DNA from: a virus
Taxonomy: Duplodnaviria > Heunggongvirae > Uroviricota > Caudoviricetes
Strand: one strand, 5' to 3'
Virus record (IMG/VR): IMGVR_UViG_3300031998_000043
Length of the DNA stretch: 64,000 bases
A program made the translations under genes and the position numbers. The notes below the pieces were generated by a model. That model made no database searches and was not told where the DNA came from. It saw nothing but the letters and a program-made list of their open reading frames with translations. Positions 52,899 through 63,058 of this stretch are shown one piece after another (the stretch's first letter is position 1; the number at the start of each line of letters is the position of its first letter).

Positions 52899-53630
52899 TT
52901 AGTCAATATCTGGAACAAGAGATACAGGAAGAAGATCCGAATCAGTAATAGTGTCAGTCTTGACACCTGCGCCAATCATGTACGTATCAAAGGTATTTAA
53001 AGCAACCTTTTCGAATACAGAGGATCCCTCTTGAATATCTTTCAAGTTTACATAGCCATCGGCTTGAATCTTCTCATACATAATTCTCTTGGCACCCATA
53101 TTATCGCTTCGTGCGCCCATGAGTTCATTAAGAGTGGCTTCATTCTGCTGAAGGATAAGGGCATAAGATTCAACGTCAGAGTTTCTGGCAACCTTGGAAT
53201 CAGAAGTAACAGTACCGGTAAGCTGGTTTCTCTTATCAATATCAAGAGTCACACCAGACTTATGGGTCACAACCTGTTCAAGTCTCTTAATGGACAGATA
53301 GATTACAGGAACTCTAGTAGCTGTACGGACAAACTGTCCATCGCTATTCTTCTGGTCTCTGAAGTATACATATTCTTCCATAGGAATGTTAAGTATCTTC
53401 AAAGCTTTTTCGATCTGATTGAAATCAGGTTCATTCTTAAATGGAAGAACTTCAAGCCTAAAGTTAGCATCCTTATCAGCAAGAAACTTGTTCATCCAAG
53501 TATTGAACTGTGCATCGCTCATTTTGTTAAACATCGTGCGATACTTTTCAGTATTCTCACCAGTCTTGTCAAGAGTGCTCATCACACTATATACAAGATC
53601 TTCTACTTTCTTTCTTTTTCCGGTACTCAT
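52899..53630 (-). CDS. hypothetical protein, transcribed divergently from the terminase gene
   Basis: 243 aa; RBS on the minus strand AAAGGAGTCTTCTA-ATG. Confidence 0.55.
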   Translation of the reverse strand: MSTGKRKKVEDLVYSVMSTLDKTGENTEKYRTMFNKMSDAQFNTWMNKFLADKDANFRLEVLPFKNEPDFNQIEKALKILNIPMEEYVYFRDQKNSDGQFVRTATRVPVIYLSIKRLEQVVTHKSGVTLDIDKRNQLTGTVTSDSKVARNSDVESYALILQQNEATLNELMGARSDNMGAKRIMYEKIQADGYVNLKDIQEGSSVFEKVALNTFDTYMIGAGVKTDTITDSDLLPVSLVPDID

Positions 53631-53692
53631 TAGAAGACTCCTTTCTATTATTGAGTTCTGCCCTAACTAGTTATTGAACCAAAGAGGTAATT

Positions 53693-55663
53693 ATGACAAT
53701 GAAACTTTCAGACTTGGCAGCCCGTAAAGTTTCATATCAGTTAACTAAAAATACTAGCTTTCTAAGAATGCATACATTCTTGAAAGAGAAAGGAATCAAG
53801 AACAATAAGTTCTTTCTAGTATTGTACGATAAAGACCTTGAAAATGTTGATCCACGGGCTGACAATCTCTCTAAAGAGATAAAAGCCAAGATTATTACTG
53901 AATGTAGAGTAAACCCTTGGTACTTCATCAGAGAAGTAGTAAGAATCCCTGTTCCGGGTGGTGATATTCCATACGAACTTCATCGTGGTAATCTTGCATT
54001 GAATTTTCTATCACTGAACAATATCGATACTATCGTTCTCATGCCTAGACAGCATGGTAAAACGATCGGTGCCGTGGTATTGTTTGTCTGGCTTTTCTTT
54101 TTTGGCACTAAGAACACTACTGTAACCTTCATGAACAAGAAGTACAGCGATGCTCAGGTTAACCTTAAGAGATTCAAGAATATTGTTGAACTTATTCCGA
54201 AGTGGATGATTGAACCGAGAAGTCCTAGAGAAGATCAAGAGTCTTCTACAACCTTCTCTAGAATGAATAGACTTCATAATACAATTACGGCTATGCCAGC
54301 TGCTACTTCTCCTGAAGATGCTGATAAACTTGGTCGTGGTCTTACGATGCCTTGCTGGTACTTTGACGAAATTGCGTTTGCCAAATATAATGAGATCATC
54401 TATACGGCTGCTGCTCCTGCTGTCTCTCAAGCTGCTATCGAAGCTGAAAAGACTGGAGTGCCGCACTTCAAACTGTTTACAACTACGCCTAATTCTATTG
54501 ACGTAGATGAAGGTGGTTGGTGCAAGCATGAAGTGATTGAAGCTGCTTGTGAATTTGATGAAGAGATGTACGATGTACCTCCTGAACTACTCAAAAAATA
54601 TGTGTATGATAGATCTACCAATAACTTCGTCCATATTGAATTTACTTGGAAGGAACTTGGCAGAGATGAAAAATGGTATGAACAACAGTGTAGAGATCTC
54701 CAGTACAATAGACAAAGAATCAAGAGAGAAGTGGATCTTGAATGGACGCTTTCTGCTGATAAGTCTCCATTCTCTGAAGAAGAACTTGAAAAGGTTTCTA
54801 ACTTCATTATTCCTAAAGAAAGAGAATATACTCTTCGAATTGGCGATGAAGGAAATCATAAGTTCACAGTTCTTGAGCAGATGGACTTCCATGATCCTGT
54901 AATATTGGCAGTTGACGTTGGCGGTGGACAAGGATCAGACTTCTCCGTTGTTCACATGCTTGATATTGATGACTTCCACGAGAAAGGATATTTTGCTTCT
55001 AATCGAATAAATCCCATACCATTCGCTAGAATCATTATATCAATAGTACAAAACCTATTCTATAATTCCGTTTTGATAGTGGAACGAAACAGTTATGGTC
55101 TAGATGTCATTACTACACTACTTGAAAGTAATGTAACCAGAAACAAAGTCTTCTATAGAACAATCAATAATCCTATTCCTAATCAGGGAAATAAGATTCA
55201 GAGAGTTTATGGAATTGATACTACGTCTGGATCTAGAGAAATAATGATATCTAATTGCTTTATGTATGTGGCTGATGAGCCTCATCTATTTAGATGTAGG
55301 AATACATACAATGAACTAAAGACTATGGAAAGAAAATCTAACGGAAAAGTGGAACATGCTACAGGTGCTCACGATGACTTTGTAATGTCTTTCTTGATTG
55401 GTCGCTATGGAGCTACATTTGATAGCTTTAAGATGTTCAAGAGAAGAGTATGTGCATCATCGCTTAGAGAACGCCGTAATGTTGCCGTTCAAGAAGAGAA
55501 GGAAACTACCATTAAGGACTCTGTAAGAAGTGTGGAAGAGTTCTACACCAAAGAAGACTCTAAAATGAGAAAGATCTTCTCTCTTAACTTTGATAATCAG
55601 CCGAACTCTTTACTGAAAAACAATAATAAAGGATTTGAATCATGGGTAAATACAAAGAATTAG
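53693..55663 (+). CDS. terL: terminase large subunit
   Basis: ATPase Walker A MPRQHGKT and Walker B WYFDEIAF; C-terminal RNase-H-like nuclease motifs ILAVDVGGGQGSDFSVV and TGAHDDFVMS. Confidence 0.85.
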   Translation: MTMKLSDLAARKVSYQLTKNTSFLRMHTFLKEKGIKNNKFFLVLYDKDLENVDPRADNLSKEIKAKIITECRVNPWYFIREVVRIPVPGGDIPYELHRGNLALNFLSLNNIDTIVLMPRQHGKTIGAVVLFVWLFFFGTKNTTVTFMNKKYSDAQVNLKRFKNIVELIPKWMIEPRSPREDQESSTTFSRMNRLHNTITAMPAATSPEDADKLGRGLTMPCWYFDEIAFAKYNEIIYTAAAPAVSQAAIEAEKTGVPHFKLFTTTPNSIDVDEGGWCKHEVIEAACEFDEEMYDVPPELLKKYVYDRSTNNFVHIEFTWKELGRDEKWYEQQCRDLQYNRQRIKREVDLEWTLSADKSPFSEEELEKVSNFIIPKEREYTLRIGDEGNHKFTVLEQMDFHDPVILAVDVGGGQGSDFSVVHMLDIDDFHEKGYFASNRINPIPFARIIISIVQNLFYNSVLIVERNSYGLDVITTLLESNVTRNKVFYRTINNPIPNQGNKIQRVYGIDTTSGSREIMISNCFMYVADEPHLFRCRNTYNELKTMERKSNGKVEHATGAHDDFVMSFLIGRYGATFDSFKMFKRRVCASSLRERRNVAVQEEKETTIKDSVRSVEEFYTKEDSKMRKIFSLNFDNQPNSLLKNNNKGFESWVNTKN

Positions 55664-56460
55664 ATTCTGATGTAGAGGATCAGGAATTCGGTACATCGAA
55701 TTCTTCTTTTAGATTGGATGATCCTGTTCTAGCCCTTGAAGAGAGATTACTTCAACAAATGGAAAATCTAAAGGCTATTCCAACAGAATCCCAAGAGGAT
55801 GTCTTGACAGCCTTTACGAATTCCATTATGGCGCTTAGAGAAGCTGCTAGACAGAAAGGTGATACTGATAAGGCTAACTTCCTTACAGAATATATCTACG
55901 ACATCCGTACCAGAATGCTTACGAAGTTTAAAGAATTCATTGGGATTGAAACTAATGGGAATTCTTTTGGAAGCATCGAAGGCGGTGGAGCAGATTTTGC
56001 CGATCTTGTTCAGGCTTTCTATATGTTCCTTGTTATCTATCGTAAAGAAGGACTCACTAATTATATCGTGAAGTCCATTATGAAACATAAGAAGGAATTT
56101 CTCTCAACATATAAGAGCAAGTCCTCTAGAAAGAATATTGGCGCACAAAAGAAGTATGCTTCAATTAGTGATACCTCGATCCTTGTGATTTTGGATTGTC
56201 TTGAGGATATCATTAATGATGTACTTGAAGGAACCGTTGCTTCTGAAGACTTCTATAAAGAATTCGAAGTAATGTGTGCCGATAATGAAGAGGAATGGCA
56301 GAATGCTGTCTTGCTTGATGCACTGGAACTTCCTGTGCTTCCCAAGGCATTTGACTCTCTTATTAAGTCATTGAATGATCCAATCAATGCTGAAGCCAAA
56401 CATCTTATTACACTGAATGTGTATCAGCAACTTAGCGACACTGCTTTTAAAAACCAATAG
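55642..56460 (+). CDS. hypothetical protein
   Basis: 272 aa; overlaps the terL stop. Confidence 0.55.
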   Translation: MGKYKELDSDVEDQEFGTSNSSFRLDDPVLALEERLLQQMENLKAIPTESQEDVLTAFTNSIMALREAARQKGDTDKANFLTEYIYDIRTRMLTKFKEFIGIETNGNSFGSIEGGGADFADLVQAFYMFLVIYRKEGLTNYIVKSIMKHKKEFLSTYKSKSSRKNIGAQKKYASISDTSILVILDCLEDIINDVLEGTVASEDFYKEFEVMCADNEEEWQNAVLLDALELPVLPKAFDSLIKSLNDPINAEAKHLITLNVYQQLSDTAFKNQ

Positions 56461-56469
56461 GAGTAACCA

Positions 56470-57357
56470 ATGGAACCAAATAAAGAATTGCTGGACGAAT
56501 CTGAAAAGCAACTCAATGAAATTCTTAGCTCTACTGAAGCCAATCTTAAAGAGGCTGATGATAAATTTAAAGAGATTGCCAAAGATAATGAGGAGCTTCG
56601 TTCTCAGATGGAGGAGGACGAGCTCAAGGCTTTCGATAAGGCTAAAGAGATTCTTGAATCCGAAACAGACGAAAGTACTGAAGCACAGGCTAGAGTCATG
56701 CGTGAAGCAGCAGCTACTGCTCTCGTAAGAGATACTATTCGTCAATTCAATTTGATGCATAAGGTATCTAGATCTTTCCTTGAAATGTCTGAAGAACACG
56801 GCTTGGAGAATTTCATTCGTGAAAATCTTAAGGGTTGTAAAGGTGGTAAGGCTAAGGCTGCAAAGACTCGTAAGCTTACGATCGAGTACAATGTTCTTCG
56901 TAACGGACACAAACAGTTCCAAGAGGGCGTCACTCTTTCTAATGTGACTGAAATATTCTTCAAGGACTTTAAGCCTTGTCAGAATGATGCTGAATTCCAC
57001 AAAGCTACCGATACGACTATCGCAGAGCTTATTAAGATTTCCGGTCAACCCCAGATCAAGTCTTTACTCCTTAATCTTCGCTATTGTGTGAAGTTCCCTA
57101 TGAATTGCTTGTATGGCTATTTTGCTATGGCTATTAATAAGTATTGCCACAAGATTGGTGGGTTTGATTCTAGACAACTTGTAAAGAGTATCATCAAGAA
57201 TCTTTCCACGATTGCTGTTGTGGCTGTAGCATCCAAGGGTCTTGGAGAAAGCGAGATTAAGAAACTTGATCTATCCGTTATTGAAACCTTCGCTGCCGGA
57301 GTAGAGAATTTCGACAAGAAACTCTCTGAATATATCTCGGAAAAGAAAGAAGGATAA
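56470..57357 (+). CDS. hypothetical protein
   Basis: RBS ATAGGAGTAACCA-ATG. Confidence 0.55.
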   Translation: MEPNKELLDESEKQLNEILSSTEANLKEADDKFKEIAKDNEELRSQMEEDELKAFDKAKEILESETDESTEAQARVMREAAATALVRDTIRQFNLMHKVSRSFLEMSEEHGLENFIRENLKGCKGGKAKAAKTRKLTIEYNVLRNGHKQFQEGVTLSNVTEIFFKDFKPCQNDAEFHKATDTTIAELIKISGQPQIKSLLLNLRYCVKFPMNCLYGYFAMAINKYCHKIGGFDSRQLVKSIIKNLSTIAVVAVASKGLGESEIKKLDLSVIETFAAGVENFDKKLSEYISEKKEG

Positions 57358-57386
57358 AACTTCATTAATGAATAGAGAGGATTACT

Positions 57387-58118
57387 ATGGCTTTACCGTT
57401 CCTAAAGAAAGTAGAAAATGACTATATCCTTACAGCTCCCAAGGCTGTGGTATATGTTCCATTGTATTTTTTCGACAATGAAAAGATTGCCACTACTGAA
57501 GGCGACGTGCTAAAGACCATAGGATTTGTCTTTATTGAAGTGTATAAGACTCTCACTTCAAAACCTGACCTATATCAAATGGACTGTCCACTAAGGATTT
57601 CCATTCCTTTCTCTGAATCCAAAAAAGAAAAGAAAAACTTTAAAGGAAGCAGAGGAGAGGATGACTTCATGGCATTTACTGTAGAAGGTAATTCCGTGAT
57701 GATCCAAGAAGCTCTGAATGTTCAAAATGGCAAAAACAGTGAATTATTCATGAACTTCCTGCTTGGTGGAAAGCTTCCTGAGAACCTGAAGTACTCCGAT
57801 ATTGCCCTCTTCTTGAAGGAAGTCTCCATCATGAATGGCACGTCTCTAGGAGTGCCCATGTCGGTAGTCGAGGCAATGGTAGGCGAAATGTGCCGAAGTG
57901 CCAAAGATATTTATACTCCATACCGTAAGATAGCTGGGCGGACTGGTGACGAGAATGGATATATGAATATCAGAATTCAAGAACTGCCGAGAGTAACTTC
58001 TACTTTTTCCGGTATCGCATTCGAAGATGTCACTTCAGCCGTATCCGTTGGATGCGTAGCTGGTAAGAAGGGAATCAAGGGTGTTGAAACACCGTTTGAA
58101 AAAGTTATCCACTGTTAA
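57387..58118 (+). CDS. hypothetical protein
   Basis: RBS AGAGAGGATTACT-ATG. Confidence 0.55.
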   Translation: MALPFLKKVENDYILTAPKAVVYVPLYFFDNEKIATTEGDVLKTIGFVFIEVYKTLTSKPDLYQMDCPLRISIPFSESKKEKKNFKGSRGEDDFMAFTVEGNSVMIQEALNVQNGKNSELFMNFLLGGKLPENLKYSDIALFLKEVSIMNGTSLGVPMSVVEAMVGEMCRSAKDIYTPYRKIAGRTGDENGYMNIRIQELPRVTSTFSGIAFEDVTSAVSVGCVAGKKGIKGVETPFEKVIHC

Positions 58119-58158
58119 AAAAATAAGCGTGGCTCCGAAAGGATCCACGTCTTATTTT
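58117..58158. terminator. bidirectional terminator
   Basis: AAGCGTGGCTCC-gaaa-GGATCCACGTCTT flanked by an A-run and a T-run. Confidence 0.5.
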
Positions 58159-58363
58159 AACAGAAGAAGCTTGATGCCATCTGTGCAACCTCAGCAGTCT
58201 TTTCAACCACTTCAGGTATTGCCGGAGCAATAGCATCGTAGATCTTCCATAACAAAACCACTACAAATATGAGCCCGATGAGAATAGGCAGCATCATAGT
58301 GGCAATGGCACCCAAGAAGAGCACCGCCAAGAATGCGAGTCCGCCGATAATGCAATAGAACAT
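58157..58363 (-). CDS. small membrane protein with two transmembrane helices (holin-like candidate)
   Basis: 68 aa; hydrophobic; minus strand. Confidence 0.5.
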   Translation of the reverse strand: MFYCIIGGLAFLAVLFLGAIATMMLPILIGLIFVVVLLWKIYDAIAPAIPEVVEKTAEVAQMASSFFC

Positions 58364-58388
58364 AATAGCCTCCTGAGCTATGGTGGAG

Positions 58389-58511
58389 TTAAAAGATTAC
58401 CGCCAGAAGCATCCCCACCAAGAATGCTAAAAGCAGTTTCCTTCGAATTGTAATCATGCTGTAGATGAAGGAGACTACAACAAGTGGAATAAGAATGATT
58501 GCTATTATCAT
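58389..58511 (-). CDS. 40-aa membrane mini-protein
   Basis: RBS AATGAGGTAAGTT-ATG on the minus strand; MIIAIILIPLVVVSFIYSMI; too short for the ORF track. Confidence 0.35.
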   Translation of the reverse strand: MIIAIILIPLVVVSFIYSMITIRRKLLLAFLVGMLLAVIF

Positions 58512-58526
58512 AACTTACCTCATTAT

Positions 58527-58535
58527 TTAATATAC
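58527..58535 (-). promoter_or_regulatory. GTATATTAA promoter-like motif on the minus strand
   Basis: reads CCTAGTATATTAAATAATGAGG on the minus strand, upstream of the two membrane-protein genes. Confidence 0.45.
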
Positions 58536-58687
58536 TAGGATCTTAGAAAATTTTACGGAACATAGAAACCTCATTCTTCAAATCTAGAAACTTTAAAATT
58601 TAACAATCGTTACAGGAACTCTAAAATGAGCATCGATATTTCATAAATGTCTATGAATATTAACTTTAGCATACAAGGAGGCCAATA

Positions 58688-61600
58688 ATGGCTGCAGATT
58701 CTCTACCGAAATATATGCACCCGCATTCGAGTGCACGTATTATCGATAATGCCGTTCTGACTGTCTCGTCTAGCGGCTTGACTAATATGTTCATTGCCCT
58801 TGAAGCTGAAAAAGGTATGCCGAATGAAGCCACTTATATCACTACTCAGAGTGAGTGGATTTTCAACTTTGGTGAACCTAACTACAGCAAATATGGTCAA
58901 GGTGCTTTGAATGCACTGAATTACATCAACGCCGGTGGTGGTGCTTGGGTGATTCGTGTTGTTCCTGATGATGAAAGATTTGCTTCTCTGTCGCTTGGCA
59001 TTGGCTTCCGCAAAGATCAGGCCTTTACTAACGATCAGGAAAAGTATCGTCGTCTTGAAATGACTTCTGAACAGATCAAGATCTGGAACGCAGCCCAGAC
59101 TGATGAAAATCAGAAGATTGCTATTGATAAGAAGTCTGGTAACTTCGCTATCATGCCTCTCTTCTACATTGAAGAAAATGGTAGCATCAATACGGCTCTC
59201 AAGCTTCAGACGATGGATGAAATTGAGCTCTACAAGCTCAAAAATAAGGATGCTAGCAAGGTTATCAATGCTGTTGCCAAGAAGAACGTGGTGACGTATT
59301 CTAATCCTTACATTGAAGTGTCCGGTGTGTTTGATCTTGGTCTGGAAAATGCTATTCCGACTAAGAAGCATAAGGCTAATCCCGCACAGCCTGAATTCAC
59401 TGAAGATGAACCGATTGAAAACGTTGCCTTCTCCAATCCGACGAATGAAACTTGTGATGCATACATTCGCATTGACAAGTACTTCGTGACTAATGGTGCT
59501 GGTGAAGCCATTATTGAAAATGGTAGAATCGCTACTTTCGATTACTACGATATGGCTAAGACCAAGGCTGCTGCCTACATTGATGACAGCACGGATGAAG
59601 AAGAGGAAGAGGATAAGCCGGAAGATCACATCTTCGCTTACTCTGCCACGATTCGTATCTATGCTAATGCTGCATCTGCTGAAGGTGAATACGGTCAGAT
59701 TATCTTTGATGTCTTGAGTAATCTCTTTGGTGCTGTTGTTGGTGCTGAAGCTCAGACCTTTATCAAGGAGCTGAACGGCAAGGCCAGCTTTGCTGACGGT
59801 ATCTACAATGGCAATAAGCACACTACGAAGTGGTTGCAGGATAACCGTAACGAGTTCTCCAATGCCAGAACCGTTTTCAAGAAAGTGAGACCTGAATCCT
59901 TCTTCGGTGGTGTTGAAAGTGAAGGTCATGTTTCTAGAATCAATACCAAGATTCTTCTCAACATTGGTACTCCTGATTCCTCGACTTGGAGCTACTCCTT
60001 CGAAGTATATAAGGAAGGCCTTGAAGGTCAGTTTATTCCTGTTCAGGCTGCTCTGATTGACAATAATACTGCCTTTACTGAAGTTGAGCTTCTGGAATGG
60101 AATGCCCTCCACGATCTCGACTACAGACTTGGTGGAAAGGCTGATGAAGAATTCCCCGATGAATATGTCATTGGTGAAGGTCAGATCAACCTCGTTAATC
60201 GTGAAGCTACCACTGGTGCTACCAAGAATTCTGTGCTTTACTATGTGAAGTACATCACCAGCAATGAGCCGGTCTACTCGACCTCGATTACGATGGCTGA
60301 GGCTTACAGATTCAATCGTGTTAAGGCTAACTCTGAAGATGAAGTTTGTTCTCTCTCTTCTGAAGCTACCTTTGCACCTACTTCGATGAATACGAAGTAT
60401 GCTAGCCTCCTTAACACTAAGGCTGCTTTCAGTGCAGACGTTAGCACCGATATCCATTGGCAGATCGATCAGGGTAGCATTGAAGATGTCCTGACTCGTG
60501 TTGAAGCTATTGAGTACGTCAATTTCTTCTACAATACTCCGGGTCTGATTTCTCTTGAAGCTCATACCTCTGGTGGTGAAGAACTTGTTGATGTTACAAT
60601 CGATACTTCTGCTGTCATTACGGAAAGTGCATACAATTCCATCAAGGATACTTCCCTCGGTAATCTCTTTGAAAAAGTTAGTGCAGGTGTCGAAGATGAT
60701 GAAGGTGATGAACTGACTGATGAAAATAGCGAAGCCATCACTAACGAAGATTACGAAGAAGGCACTGTTACCTATACTCTTAGGAAGAACATCGAAGCTT
60801 CTGAACTTCCGTTCAGCTTTGTTTCCAAGGTGCTTGTTGGTGGTTGTCTCCAGCCTGTTACTATCAATAACATTCCCGTGACCAAGACTCTGTCTTTGCT
60901 CATCAAGGGAAGAGAGTCTGGTAAGGCTGAACTTGACACTGCCCGTCCTGATGGTAATGCTTATGGCGATCCGTACTACTTCGAATTTGCCAATGCTACA
61001 GTATTGCTCTCTGGTATTGATTCCTTGACTGGTTTCAATGGCACGTTTGCTCTGCACTTTGTTTCTGACTCTATCGAAAACCTTGCTCTCAAGGCTTACG
61101 ATATTGCTGTCATGGATGAAGCTACATCGATCACTGCTAGCCAGATTCCTGGTGAGAAAGTCGCATATGTCAGATTCTATGACAACTTTGATGGTTCTAT
61201 CTTTGAACCTAACTATGACTATATTGAACGCGTCTATGACACTGTTGGTCTTGTAACCACTACGTTCACTTCTTATGAACTTGAAGAGAAGGTCTATTCT
61301 CCCTACACCATCATTGATGGTATCAAGATTAAGAATACTGAAGTATGGAACAACATTGACGAAGCCAAGGAAGGCTATGTCATTGGTGCAGCTCGTGACG
61401 AGATCACCGATGTCGATATTCAGGAAATGAAGCTCGACAAGACCTGCGTCGCTGAGTTCTGTCGTTTCTTGCCTAAGGGTTCCGGTAAGTGGTACAACCG
61501 TCTTGGTGTGTCGCTCTCCTATGACGATAACTATGATGGAACGTATCCGGATTGGAGCATGTTCAAGCTCACTATCTTCGAAAGAAGCAATGGTGAAGAG

Positions 61601-62986
61601 ATCTCTCGCGAACAGTTTGCTGTCGCTTTGGATCCTGATGCTGTGTCTGCTACCAAGGAAAGCCTCTTCATTGAAGATGTCGTTAACACCTACTCGTCTT
61701 ACCTGACTTGTGTGGTGAACTACGATAACCTCCAGAACTTTGTTGAAACCAAGCTTGCCGTTAAGGATGATGCTGGTAAGGTTGTGGAAGATGAAGATGG
61801 TAATGAAATCTTGGTTAAGGTTGATACCGTTATCAAGTACATCTTCAACCGCATCGATCTCGATGACTTCAACAAGAGAACGTTTGGCGACGATTACCAG
61901 ACCAACGAGTACAGTAAGTATGCTTTCACTTCGCTCATGAGCGTGACTGGCGTTGATGAAGAGGGTTGTGCCTTTGATACTTCTCGCTACAATAGTGATA
62001 GCCTCTATGAATATACTGAACCGTTCAATTCCTTCTGGATCTTCAACACTGTCTCTGCTGCTGCTTCCCTCTACTTGGGTGGTGGTTCTTATGGCAATGG
62101 TTGGGAACATGCCTATGAAGATGAGGAAGGTAATCCTCAGTACACGAGCTCCTTGACTCAGGCTCTCGTAAGGGCTTACAGTGGCGTGACGGATCCGTTC
62201 ATCACGAACACGAACCTTTGCGAATTCGACCTTATGTTCGATGCTAACTACGATACCGATGTTCGCACGGCTATGACTAAGCTGGCCTCTGAAACTCGTC
62301 AGGACTGCATTGTCTTGCTCGATCAGGGTCTGTCTATTGCCAATGCTACTCAGGCTATTGACAAGAGAAAGAACGAAGAAAACTTCGATACCTTCTATGC
62401 TGCTCTCTTCACCCAGCATCTTGTGGTGAGCGATGTGTGGTCTGGTAAGGTCATTAAGGTTACTCCGACATTCTTCCTTGCTTCCAAGATTCCTTCGAAC
62501 GATACCGCTAACGGTAAGACGATGAACTTCGTTGGCCCCCGTCGTGGTACGATCGGTGGGTTCCGCAGCATTTCGTATATGCCTACGGCTTATGAAATGA
62601 GCGAACTCTACAAGAATCAGGTGAACTACATCGAACGTGATGCTCTCGGTGTGTTCTTCGCTACTGAGCTTACCACTCAGGTTAAGAATACTCCTCTCAC
62701 GTTGATCCATGCTGTTCGTGCTATCTTGTCTCTGAAGAGAGACTTCCTGAAGATTAGCCGTAACTACCGTAGTGAATATGCTACTGGTGCTGTTCAGGCT
62801 AACTTGATGGGCGAACTCAACGCATGTGCTGCTGAATACATCCTTCAGGGTGCGTTCAAGTACATCACGCCGAAGATTGCCTCTACGGACTACGATGTCC
62901 AGCAGAGAATCTGCCGCATTGATGTATCTGTGGCCTTCGTTGACATCATGGAACGCTTCGTGTTCTCCTTCGTTGTTGAACGCTAA
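58688..62986 (+). CDS. tail sheath protein (giant, 1432 aa)
   Basis: the N-terminus SEWIFNFGEPN...ALNYINAGGGAWVIRVV parallels T4 gp18 (VDLVNTFGQP...AMNFLQYGNDLRVVRAV); RBS CAAGGAGGCCAATA-ATG; GC-enriched. Confidence 0.75.
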   Translation: MAADSLPKYMHPHSSARIIDNAVLTVSSSGLTNMFIALEAEKGMPNEATYITTQSEWIFNFGEPNYSKYGQGALNALNYINAGGGAWVIRVVPDDERFASLSLGIGFRKDQAFTNDQEKYRRLEMTSEQIKIWNAAQTDENQKIAIDKKSGNFAIMPLFYIEENGSINTALKLQTMDEIELYKLKNKDASKVINAVAKKNVVTYSNPYIEVSGVFDLGLENAIPTKKHKANPAQPEFTEDEPIENVAFSNPTNETCDAYIRIDKYFVTNGAGEAIIENGRIATFDYYDMAKTKAAAYIDDSTDEEEEEDKPEDHIFAYSATIRIYANAASAEGEYGQIIFDVLSNLFGAVVGAEAQTFIKELNGKASFADGIYNGNKHTTKWLQDNRNEFSNARTVFKKVRPESFFGGVESEGHVSRINTKILLNIGTPDSSTWSYSFEVYKEGLEGQFIPVQAALIDNNTAFTEVELLEWNALHDLDYRLGGKADEEFPDEYVIGEGQINLVNREATTGATKNSVLYYVKYITSNEPVYSTSITMAEAYRFNRVKANSEDEVCSLSSEATFAPTSMNTKYASLLNTKAAFSADVSTDIHWQIDQGSIEDVLTRVEAIEYVNFFYNTPGLISLEAHTSGGEELVDVTIDTSAVITESAYNSIKDTSLGNLFEKVSAGVEDDEGDELTDENSEAITNEDYEEGTVTYTLRKNIEASELPFSFVSKVLVGGCLQPVTINNIPVTKTLSLLIKGRESGKAELDTARPDGNAYGDPYYFEFANATVLLSGIDSLTGFNGTFALHFVSDSIENLALKAYDIAVMDEATSITASQIPGEKVAYVRFYDNFDGSIFEPNYDYIERVYDTVGLVTTTFTSYELEEKVYSPYTIIDGIKIKNTEVWNNIDEAKEGYVIGAARDEITDVDIQEMKLDKTCVAEFCRFLPKGSGKWYNRLGVSLSYDDNYDGTYPDWSMFKLTIFERSNGEEISREQFAVALDPDAVSATKESLFIEDVVNTYSSYLTCVVNYDNLQNFVETKLAVKDDAGKVVEDEDGNEILVKVDTVIKYIFNRIDLDDFNKRTFGDDYQTNEYSKYAFTSLMSVTGVDEEGCAFDTSRYNSDSLYEYTEPFNSFWIFNTVSAAASLYLGGGSYGNGWEHAYEDEEGNPQYTSSLTQALVRAYSGVTDPFITNTNLCEFDLMFDANYDTDVRTAMTKLASETRQDCIVLLDQGLSIANATQAIDKRKNEENFDTFYAALFTQHLVVSDVWSGKVIKVTPTFFLASKIPSNDTANGKTMNFVGPRRGTIGGFRSISYMPTAYEMSELYKNQVNYIERDALGVFFATELTTQVKNTPLTLIHAVRAILSLKRDFLKISRNYRSEYATGAVQANLMGELNACAAEYILQGAFKYITPKIASTDYDVQQRICRIDVSVAFVDIMERFVFSFVVER

Positions 62987-62993
62987 AGTAATA

Positions 62994-63029
62994 GAATTCC
63001 TCTATCCAAAAGATAGAGGAATTTTATTT
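62994..63029 (+). terminator. rho-independent terminator
   Basis: AATTCCTCTATC-caaaa-GATAGAGGAATT followed by TTTATTTTC. Confidence 0.65.
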
Positions 63030-63058
63030 TCTGAACTTTGACATTGAAAGGAGTATAT

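Noticed and set aside
58703-62710. 1335-aa ORF on the minus strand inside the sheath gene
   Set aside because: It is antisense to a gene with clear homology, an RBS and a terminator. It has an R/H/V-rich artefactual composition and no RBS.
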